Positions 24,703 through 31,360 of a stretch of 40,850 bases of DNA are shown in pieces. A model generated the notes under the pieces. The model made no database searches. It saw only the letters and a program-made list of their open reading frames with translations, and was not told where the DNA came from. The DNA comes from a virus, in IMG/VR virus record IMGVR_UViG_3300045155_000039; one strand, 5' to 3'. The stretch's first letter is position 1; every line of letters starts with the position of its first letter. Position numbers and translations under genes: made by a program.

Positions 24703-24942
24703 ATGGAGAGGGCCTTTGGTTATAGTCAAATGAGATTCAACTACATTACTGATTATGCTAACAGTATTGCAGAAAGCGCAGTACAGATGGAAATGGCATG
24801 GCAAAACAGGAAAAACTTTAGAGATGATGTTGATTTGGAAAAATGGTTAAAAGGACAAGCAGAAGACATTGAAAGAAAAGTTAGTGAGTTATCTACTTAC
24901 CTTAGACCTTTAGATGCTTTCTATGAAAAACAGGAGGGATAA
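24703..24942 (+). CDS. Hypothetical protein
   Basis: 79 aa, SD CAGGAGGGATAA. Confidence 0.55.
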   Translation: MERAFGYSQMRFNYITDYANSIAESAVQMEMAWQNRKNFRDDVDLEKWLKGQAEDIERKVSELSTYLRPLDAFYEKQEG

Positions 24943-24943
24943 G

Positions 24944-25314
24944 ATGGCACCAAAATTTCGAGCGTTTTAACCGAAACAAAAACAATGCATGATGTGCTAC
25001 AAATTGATTTAAGCAGAAGTATGGTTAGTCTCAAAATTGAAAACGACAGCGAGTGGTATTGGTTTAAAGAAGTAGTCCTCATGCAATCCACTGGCTTGAA
25101 AGACAAGAACGGCGTGGAAGTTTTTCAAGGGGATATTGTTAAATGCACCAGAGGCTGCCCTCATGAGGTGATTTGGCTACAGGAATATGCAGGCATGTAT
25201 GTTGGTGGAATGCCTGCATGGTATCTTTCAGGGCTAAGTGAAGGATATGCGTGGACTGGCGAAGAGGAAGTTATCGGAAATATCTATGATAACCCGGAAC
25301 TGTTGGAGGGATAA
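24944..25314 (+). pseudogene. yopX: YopX-family gene split by a frameshift in a T4 run (MAPKFRAF-stop, then the remainder in the -1 frame)
   Basis: ATG 24944 encodes MAPKFRAF, then TAA at 24968. The -1 frame continues LTETKTMHDVLQIDL...GLKDKNGVEVFQGDIV...IGNIYDNPELLEG, the YopX signature. Confidence 0.7.
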
Positions 25315-25315
25315 A

Positions 25316-25642
25316 ATGAAAATACAGGAAATAACTAAACAAATCAGTGATTTAGATGGTTTCAATAGTGCAGAACCTCAAGAATGGGAACATGGTTTTC
25401 TTGAGTGTAAACGCCAAGTTCTGGATTTAATAAGGAAAAGTACACAACTTTATGAAGTTGTATTTCTCGAAGATGACGACGGACGATACTTGTTAATGGA
25501 ACTAGGTGAAAAATCCTATGATGTTGTCCATGAATCCGAAAACGAAGGTTATCGCAATCAGTGGTTCAAAGAAGCTGAAATCAAAGAAATTGATGAACGA
25601 TATTGGGCTTTTGCAGTGCCGGTAGACGCCGATGAAAGTTAA
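25316..25642 (+). CDS. DUF1642-like protein (paralog 2)
   Basis: ATG after GGAGGGATAAA. The C-terminus is AEIKEIDERYWAFAVPVD. Confidence 0.65.
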   Translation: MKIQEITKQISDLDGFNSAEPQEWEHGFLECKRQVLDLIRKSTQLYEVVFLEDDDGRYLLMELGEKSYDVVHESENEGYRNQWFKEAEIKEIDERYWAFAVPVDADES

Positions 25643-25832
25643 TCAGTACACAGTACTAGCGATGGTATCAATACTGTTAACGATCGCTGGTCTAAGTTGG
25701 CTATCCTATACAATAGTGGACCAACAGGAACAAATTGAACAGTTACAAGAACAGCTGCAGCATGAGCAGATGAAGTACAAGATTATTATCAATGATCCGT
25801 TAGTTAGAGATGCGATGGAAGCGGGAGGATGA
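25632..25832 (+). CDS. Small membrane protein
   Basis: 66 aa. TM VLAMVSILLTIAGLSWLSY is followed by a Gln-rich helix. Confidence 0.5.
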   Translation: MKVNQYTVLAMVSILLTIAGLSWLSYTIVDQQEQIEQLQEQLQHEQMKYKIIINDPLVRDAMEAGG

Positions 25833-26042
25833 ATGATGTACAGACCACAATATTTAGAAAAACCAGAAGCAACATACGAGAAGTATTGGTCTCACAAAGG
25901 GTATTTGCCAGTGCAACATACAAGAATTATTTTATGGAGTGGGTACAAGCGAAAACAGAATAATGAAGTAGTGCCATTCAGAGGGCGAAGAAAACCAAAA
26001 ACCCCAAAAGTTGGGAATAGAGGAGTTTATTTATGGCCATGA
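25833..26042 (+). CDS. Basic hypothetical protein
   Basis: 69 aa. The ATG abuts the upstream stop. Confidence 0.5.
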   Translation: MMYRPQYLEKPEATYEKYWSHKGYLPVQHTRIILWSGYKRKQNNEVVPFRGRRKPKTPKVGNRGVYLWP

Positions 26043-26131
26043 CAGTTGCAGTAGCGATTTTTCTCGCGGTCGTAGCGACAGTGGTTGCAAGTGTGATTTT
26101 TGGTAAGGAAGACAAAGAGGAGGGCAAGTGA
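26039..26131 (+). CDS. Small TM peptide (30 aa) ending EEGK
   Basis: ATGA overlap start. Read by hand as MTVAVAIFLAVVATVVASVIFGKEDKEEGK. It ends in the repeated junction. Confidence 0.4.
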   Translation: MTVAVAIFLAVVATVVASVIFGKEDKEEGK

Positions 26132-26134
26132 TTG
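26119..26134 (+). repeat. Junction repeat GGAGGGCAAGTGATTG, copy 1
   Basis: SD + GGC AAG TGA stop + TTG start. The identical 16-mer recurs at 26494 and 26680. Confidence 0.9.
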
Positions 26135-26293
26135 GATTTGAAAGCGGCTGGTTCGTATGCTTATGATCTCTCTCACGGAATGCTGCTAGAATACGTATGG
26201 CAGCGACTGATCGAGAGTGAATTTGGAACAAGAAAAAAATACAGCGAAGAAGAAATTGAAGAGTTCGTCAGAGATTATATGGAGGTCGAGTAG
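26132..26293 (+). CDS. Small hypothetical protein (53 aa)
   Basis: The TTG start lies in the repeated GGAGGGCAAGTGATTG junction. The stop abuts the next ATG. Confidence 0.4.
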   Translation: MDLKAAGSYAYDLSHGMLLEYVWQRLIESEFGTRKKYSEEEIEEFVRDYMEVE

Positions 26294-26506
26294 ATGTGTG
26301 AGTACTGCAAACCCGATCCGAGAAATAGGGAGACATTGTATAGGTCTGATTATCTGTGGTCAGGACGAACCGACTGTGTGGAAGTTGGGCTGAATGGCAA
26401 TACAATGCATGTTACAGCTGAAGTTGATAATGCGGGTTACACGGCAGAGTTTGATATTATCTTCTGCCCTATGTGTGGGACCAATTTAATTGAGGAGGGC
26501 AAGTGA
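26294..26506 (+). CDS. Zinc-finger protein ending EEGK
   Basis: 70 aa with CEYC...CPMC. Confidence 0.55.
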   Translation: MCEYCKPDPRNRETLYRSDYLWSGRTDCVEVGLNGNTMHVTAEVDNAGYTAEFDIIFCPMCGTNLIEEGK

Positions 26507-26509
26507 TTG
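26494..26509 (+). repeat. Junction repeat, copy 2
   Basis: Identical 16-mer. Confidence 0.9.
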
Positions 26510-26692
26510 AGAGTGTGGAAAGTCATTAAAAAATGGGCTTGTTGGATATTATTATTCCAGTTTATAGTCACAACTATTCTACATCTTTTAGGCATGTACG
26601 AATTAAACAATGGCGAAATCTTATCACGTTCAGCATTCGCTATTCTGGGAGTTGTCATGGTTTTAGAAAATGAGTACAGGGAGGGCAAGTGA
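26507..26692 (+). CDS. Small membrane protein ending REGK
   Basis: 61 aa. The TTG start lies in the repeated junction. Two hydrophobic segments. Confidence 0.5.
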   Translation: MRVWKVIKKWACWILLFQFIVTTILHLLGMYELNNGEILSRSAFAILGVVMVLENEYREGK

Positions 26693-26695
26693 TTG
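26680..26695 (+). repeat. Junction repeat, copy 3 (true start context of the late activator)
   Basis: Identical 16-mer. Confidence 0.9.
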
Positions 26696-27106
26696 AGTAA
26701 GAATGATTCATTAATCAATGAGCTAGATAGAAAGTTTGCTAACTATCATGCATATAACAAAGAGATTGCTATTCGAAAAGAGGAGCTGAAGCTTCGAGAA
26801 GTCGATGAAAATATTGGCGGTGGTCGAAGTAATATCATGAGCAATCCGATTGAGTCACAGGTAATCAAGGAAATGTCTGATCCATACATTATGAATCGTG
26901 AGTTGTGGAAGAAAGCTGTGAAGGAAACTCTAAGCGATCAAAGTGCGGAAATAAGACAGTTGATTGAAACTAAGTACTGGGGAGAAGACAGTTGGATGGA
27001 TTGGGTAAGTTTTGGCAAGAAGCATGGATATGCGAGAACGCCAATCTATCGTATTAGACAAAAAGTTTTACTCGACTTTGGCAGAAAGATTGGTGAAATC
27101 AATTAA
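26693..27106 (+). CDS. RinA/ArpU-family late-gene transcriptional activator
   Basis: 137 aa, last early gene before the packaging genes. The pattern NYHAYNKEI...DENIGGGRSN...IYRIRQKVLLDF is typical of this family. Confidence 0.7.
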   Translation: MSKNDSLINELDRKFANYHAYNKEIAIRKEELKLREVDENIGGGRSNIMSNPIESQVIKEMSDPYIMNRELWKKAVKETLSDQSAEIRQLIETKYWGEDSWMDWVSFGKKHGYARTPIYRIRQKVLLDFGRKIGEIN

Positions 27107-27255
27107 TTTGGGAAAGAAACGTGTAGTTTTCCCTGTGTCAAGAGGGGTAAAATAGTATTATCAGATATCGCCCACAAGCAGAAACGCACAACGGCATTCA
27201 ACCTCCTTTTGATACGTAAAAATTATTCTGTGGGCGATAATCTTTCAAGAGCTCT

Positions 27256-27285
27256 GGGACAAATTCGACTTCTTGAGGGTATAAT
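27256..27285 (+). promoter_or_regulatory. Promoter candidate GGGACA-N18-TATAAT (weak -35, activator-dependent type)
   Basis: TATAAT at 27280-27285, GGGACA at 27256-27261. Confidence 0.45.
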
Positions 27286-27335
27286 TAAGTAGAACGGATA
27301 ATTCCGTTACTATAGTTTAAGATAGGAGCTTTTTT

Positions 27336-27524
27336 ATGAACCCAAACGAAATGTTGAAAGCTGAAAATGAGTTAAAAGATTACTTAACAAAGAACGGCAT
27401 TAAAAACGTGAGAGTTAATGAAGGTGTAATAACAATAGCAAATCAAGAAGATGAAAACGATGTTGTTGATGGTCTAAGAAATAACCTAGATGCTAATCTT
27501 GAAATAATTAAAGACTATATTTAG
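27336..27524 (+). CDS. Small acidic hypothetical protein (moron-like cassette)
   Basis: 62 aa, AGGAG 7 nt upstream. A strong terminator follows immediately. Confidence 0.6.
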   Translation: MNPNEMLKAENELKDYLTKNGIKNVRVNEGVITIANQEDENDVVDGLRNNLDANLEIIKDYI

Positions 27525-27531
27525 TTCCCAT

Positions 27532-27564
27532 AAAAGTCACTCATTGCGAGTGGCTTTTTATTTT
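27532..27564 (+). terminator. Rho-independent terminator
   Basis: Stem aaaagtcactc/gagtggctttt of about 11 bp (one G-U pair), loop attgc, then ttttatttt. Confidence 0.8.
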
Positions 27565-28792
27565 GCAGAAAAGCGAGGTGGCAGACATAACTAAATGGAC
27601 GGAACAGCAGGTCAAACGATTGTCGGAATTGGCAAATGAAGGACTAACAAATATAGAGATAGCGCCTATGCTTTCGGAGGAGTTCGGTGAAGAGTTCTCA
27701 TGGCCAAGCGTTAGAAGTAAACGTGCCAGGTTGAAGTTGCCACCGAGCGATAAGAACATGCGTGTTAAGCAACCGAGTGACCAATCAATCAACGAAAACA
27801 AACGGTACAACATAGATGGTACTATTTCCCAAGCTGAATTCGATGTGAAGATGGCTTTCTACCAGAAGGACAGTAAAACACCAGAAGATATTCTCAAGTA
27901 CAAGGGCTATGATCCGCAAGAGTGGGAAATATCGCAAGTAACCACCAATGAGTGGACAACCACTACAGCGGATATCCAGAAATGGAATCAGCAGTTGAAG
28001 TTTGTGGTGAAGCCAAAGCACAAGGCATTTAATGCATCTGCCTTCACTGAATCGATCAAGCCAGTAAAACTAACCGCAATCAAGACAGGTGACAGAAACT
28101 TATTCATCGGGTTGGCAGATTGGCATTTTGGTATCACTAAGTTAGAGGACTTGCAAGATAAGCTAGCGGGAATGATTGAAGTTATCTCAAAAGGCTATAA
28201 GCAGATTGTTATTGGTCAGCTAGGAGATTTATTCCATAGCAGCCAAATCAAAAAGTCGGTCACGATGGCTGGCACGCAATTAGAAGATGTGGACATGGTT
28301 ACAGCAATTAAGGATGCACGAGCATTCTTCGACGTGTTGATTACTGAGTGTGTGAGACATTCGAAGCAAGTGACTGTTGAACACGCCGAAGGAAATCATA
28401 GTGGATCGATCGAGTATATGTTTCTCTTATACCTAGAAGCCAAGTACCCAGACATCCAAGTACACGCACACAACAAATACCGTCAAGCGTTCATGTTGGA
28501 TAAAGTGGCGATTATGATTACTCATGGGCAGTATGGCAAGCGGAAGGATTTGCCAATGCTGTTCGCTACTGAGTTTAGCGATATATGGAGTAAAGCAACT
28601 ACACGGGAGATAATCACTGGTCATTTCCACACACAACAGACGAATGATTATCAAGGTGTGATCCATCGTCAGCTAGGGACCATTAAGCCTAATGACAGCT
28701 ACGAGATCGAAAACGGTTGGACGATGGGCAAGAAGGTGCTGCAGTTGTTTGAATATGATAGTGAAAGGTTGAGGGTGACTTATGACATCTAA
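27563..28792 (+). CDS. GcrA-like/Myb-like HTH fused to a calcineurin-like metallophosphoesterase
   Basis: The N-terminus WTEQQVKRLSELANEGLTNIEIA...SVRSKRARLKL fits the GcrA N-domain pattern. MPE motifs are LADWHFG, LGDLFHS, EGNHSG, ITHGQ and TGHFHTQ. The start is TTG 27563 or GTG 27578, both with a poor SD. Confidence 0.8.
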   Translation: MQKSEVADITKWTEQQVKRLSELANEGLTNIEIAPMLSEEFGEEFSWPSVRSKRARLKLPPSDKNMRVKQPSDQSINENKRYNIDGTISQAEFDVKMAFYQKDSKTPEDILKYKGYDPQEWEISQVTTNEWTTTTADIQKWNQQLKFVVKPKHKAFNASAFTESIKPVKLTAIKTGDRNLFIGLADWHFGITKLEDLQDKLAGMIEVISKGYKQIVIGQLGDLFHSSQIKKSVTMAGTQLEDVDMVTAIKDARAFFDVLITECVRHSKQVTVEHAEGNHSGSIEYMFLLYLEAKYPDIQVHAHNKYRQAFMLDKVAIMITHGQYGKRKDLPMLFATEFSDIWSKATTREIITGHFHTQQTNDYQGVIHRQLGTIKPNDSYEIENGWTMGKKVLQLFEYDSERLRVTYDI

Positions 28793-29030
28793 AAATAAAA
28801 CGTTCTATGTATATGCGAGTTGTCTAAGCGATATTTACTTTTTAGATGAATACGATGAAGAAATCACTTCAAGAGTTTGCCCTATGTGTGGAGATTCAGA
28901 TGACTATGTTGGATCTTTTGATAATGTAGAAGACCTCGTTAAGGAAGCTTGCTACGATGACTGGTATTGCTTTAGAGAAGATTATGTGCGCGAGTCTTGG
29001 AACAAGCACATGAAGCTAGTAGGTGACTGA
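28782..29030 (+). CDS. Acidic zinc-ribbon-like hypothetical protein
   Basis: 82 aa with CPMCGD. It overlaps the upstream stop. Confidence 0.55.
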   Translation: MTSKNKTFYVYASCLSDIYFLDEYDEEITSRVCPMCGDSDDYVGSFDNVEDLVKEACYDDWYCFREDYVRESWNKHMKLVGD

Positions 29031-29031
29031 T

Positions 29032-29238
29032 ATGCATTACTATTACATCCAGCTGTCAGTAGGAATATTAAATCATAAGAACATCCGACAAGCGGAGTTG
29101 AAATCTAAGCACACGTTGCTTGAATGCTATGGGCAGTTTAGTGACGAGTATATCGATCGGCATAGGTTGATATACATTGGGCATGGTTGGAAGAGTGATC
29201 CACATATTGTGGAGAGGTTAAGGAGGTATGGAATGTGA
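29032..29238 (+). CDS. Hypothetical protein
   Basis: ATG at 29032 after AGGTG. 68 aa. Confidence 0.5.
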   Translation: MHYYYIQLSVGILNHKNIRQAELKSKHTLLECYGQFSDEYIDRHRLIYIGHGWKSDPHIVERLRRYGM

Positions 29239-29561
29239 AATTCTTTGAAGCATTATTAACGGTTGATGTAGAACCTGAATTCGCTGAAGCATATAAGAAG
29301 GCGATTGAGGGCGAGAACGAAAGATACTTCACCGAGAACCCTGTATACGATAAAGAGGGAAGGTTGATCAGCAATGATATTAAACCTGTATGGAGTGGGA
29401 ACTATGTGAATGTGGAGATTATCCGTGTTGGAACATCGATAGAATATTCAATAATTAATGGATTAAAAATCTCGGTAGTATCCCGAACTCAACCAAACGT
29501 TGAGGAGTTCATTAAACAGTATGAGCGAGAGGGAGCAACACTAGTTAAGAAGAACTTTTAA
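29235..29561 (+). CDS. Hypothetical protein
   Basis: GTG start, AGGAGG 8 nt upstream. 108 aa. Confidence 0.55.
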   Translation: MKFFEALLTVDVEPEFAEAYKKAIEGENERYFTENPVYDKEGRLISNDIKPVWSGNYVNVEIIRVGTSIEYSIINGLKISVVSRTQPNVEEFIKQYEREGATLVKKNF

Positions 29562-29580
29562 ATGGAAGTGGTGATGGAAA

Positions 29581-29703
29581 ATGAGTTTAAACCCAAGACA
29601 ACTAGCTTTTGCTGATGAGTACATCATCACTAAGGAAGTATTTTTAGATATGGAAGAAGTATTCAGATACGCTCAAAAAAAGTCAAGTTCGGAGGTGTTT
29701 TAG
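29581..29703 (+). pseudogene. Remnant of a Terminase_2-type small-subunit N-terminus (40 codons)
   Basis: MSLNPRQLAFADEYII matches the usual TerS opening (L.PKQ..FA.EYI). The ORF then diverges and stops. Confidence 0.4.
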
Positions 29704-29706
29704 ACA

Positions 29707-30057
29707 ATGGCTAATAATTATGAAAAAGCAATAGTCTTAATGGTTAGAACGTCATTGACTCAACGAGAAATTGCCAAAGGACTTGATGTTACAGAAGAAA
29801 CTATTTCAAGGTGGAAAAAAAGAAAAGATTTTGAAGATTTAAAGACAGCCGAAGAAAAGAAATTTCTCAAAGACTTATCTAGCAAATCTATTCGAACGAT
29901 GGAAGAACTGCTGACAGCTAAAAGCGAGCTAGTTAGATTTAACGCAGCAAAAGATATTTTGGACAGAACGGGGCATAAACCTGTTGAAGTATCTGAAATG
30001 TCGGTTACAGAAGTTCCTACATTTATCGATGATATCGGTAGTGAAGACGATGGCTAA
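29707..30057 (+). CDS. terS: Terminase small subunit (HTH type)
   Basis: 116 aa with LTQREIAKGLDVTEETISRWKKRKDF...AAKDILDRTGH. It overlaps the terL start. Confidence 0.8.
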   Translation: MANNYEKAIVLMVRTSLTQREIAKGLDVTEETISRWKKRKDFEDLKTAEEKKFLKDLSSKSIRTMEELLTAKSELVRFNAAKDILDRTGHKPVEVSEMSVTEVPTFIDDIGSEDDG

Positions 30058-31348
30058 AAAGCTTTCTGATTTACTACCTGAGAAGTTCCATAGCGTATGG
30101 AGGGCTACCCTTAACTCTGACATATTGAATATCGTATGCAAGGGCGGTCGTGGATCTGGTAAATCATCGGATATTGCACATATAATCACTCAATTGTTAA
30201 TGCGATACGCTGTAAATGCAGTCGGGATTCGGTATGTTGATAATACGCTTGAGCAATCTTTGTATGAACAAATGAAATGGGCGATTGAACAGCAAGGTGT
30301 TTCCCACCTGTTCAAGTTTAATAAATCTCCCTTGAGGATTACTTATAAACCTCGTGGTAACTACATGATATTTCGTGGTGCGCAAAATCCAGAACGAATC
30401 AAATCTTTGAAGGACAGCAAATTTCCTTTTGCGATTGGTTGGATTGAGGAGCTAGCAGAATTTAAGAATGAAGATGAAGTAACGACTATCACCAACTCTC
30501 TATTGCGGGGAGAATTGGATGATGGTCTTTTTTATAAGTTCTTTTACAGTTATAACCCGCCGAAGCGGAAGCAATCATGGGTAAATAAAAAATATGAAAC
30601 ATCCTTTCAGCCTAAGAACACATTCATTCATCACTCAACTTATAAAGATAACCCCTTTATCTCTAAAGAGTTTCTGAGCGAAGTTGAAGCGGCTAGAGCA
30701 AGGAACCCTAGACGAGCTGAGTGGGAATATGATGGTAAAGCTATTGGTTCTGGCGTTGTACCTTTCGACAATCTGAAAGTAGTGCCAGGGAGCATCACAG
30801 ATGAGATGGTAGCTAACTTCGACAACATTCGAAACGGGAATGACTTTGGTTATGCAACTGATCCCCTAGCGTTTGTTAGATGGCATTACGACAAAAAGAA
30901 AAATGGTATCTATGCAATAGATGAAATTTACGGCGTGAAGATTAGCAATAGAGAATTAGCGAAAAAACTCCATGAAAAAGGATATCAAAACGACGAGATA
31001 TTCTCTGATTCTGCTGAGCCAAAAAGTAACGCTGAGTTAGTGAACGAACATGGCATCAGAAATATTAAAGGTGTCAAAAAAGGACCTGATTCCGTCGAAT
31101 ATGGCGAGCAATGGTTAGATGATTTGGACTTCATTTGTATTGATCCTTTGCGAACGCCGAACATCGCCAAAGAGTTTGAAAATATAGATTATCAAACCGA
31201 TCGTGATGGAAATCCAAAGCCAAGGTTAGAGGATAAAGACAACCATACGATCGATGCGACAAGGTATGCATTTAACGAAGACATGTGGGCTAAAAAGAAA
31301 TCAACCATTACCAAAGAGAAGCGGAACAAAATCAAGAGAATGTTTTAA
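30050..31348 (+). CDS. terL: Terminase large subunit (PBSX/Terminase_3 type)
   Basis: Start MAKKLSD at 30050. Walker A is CKGGRGSGKSS. The C-terminal nuclease region contains DNHTIDATRYA. Confidence 0.95.
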   Translation: MAKKLSDLLPEKFHSVWRATLNSDILNIVCKGGRGSGKSSDIAHIITQLLMRYAVNAVGIRYVDNTLEQSLYEQMKWAIEQQGVSHLFKFNKSPLRITYKPRGNYMIFRGAQNPERIKSLKDSKFPFAIGWIEELAEFKNEDEVTTITNSLLRGELDDGLFYKFFYSYNPPKRKQSWVNKKYETSFQPKNTFIHHSTYKDNPFISKEFLSEVEAARARNPRRAEWEYDGKAIGSGVVPFDNLKVVPGSITDEMVANFDNIRNGNDFGYATDPLAFVRWHYDKKKNGIYAIDEIYGVKISNRELAKKLHEKGYQNDEIFSDSAEPKSNAELVNEHGIRNIKGVKKGPDSVEYGEQWLDDLDFICIDPLRTPNIAKEFENIDYQTDRDGNPKPRLEDKDNHTIDATRYAFNEDMWAKKKSTITKEKRNKIKRMF

Positions 31349-31360
31349 GGAGTGTGAGGA

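Noticed and set aside
26117-26695. Three identical 16-18 nt repeats as a possible mini CRISPR array
   Set aside because: The repeats are too short. The spacings are unequal (375 and 186 nt) and fully protein-coding. Each repeat is an SD-stop-start junction, and no cas genes or leader are present.
27138-27197. 19-codon hydrophobic minus-strand ORF (MPLCVSACGRYLIILFYPS) behind AAAGGAGG, as a possible type I toxin
   Set aside because: The SD-to-ATG spacing is only 4 nt. The peptide is shorter than known Fst/TxpA-type toxins and lacks their charged tail. I found no promoter or antisense RNA partner. It also lies inside the loop of the 27166/27229 inverted repeat.
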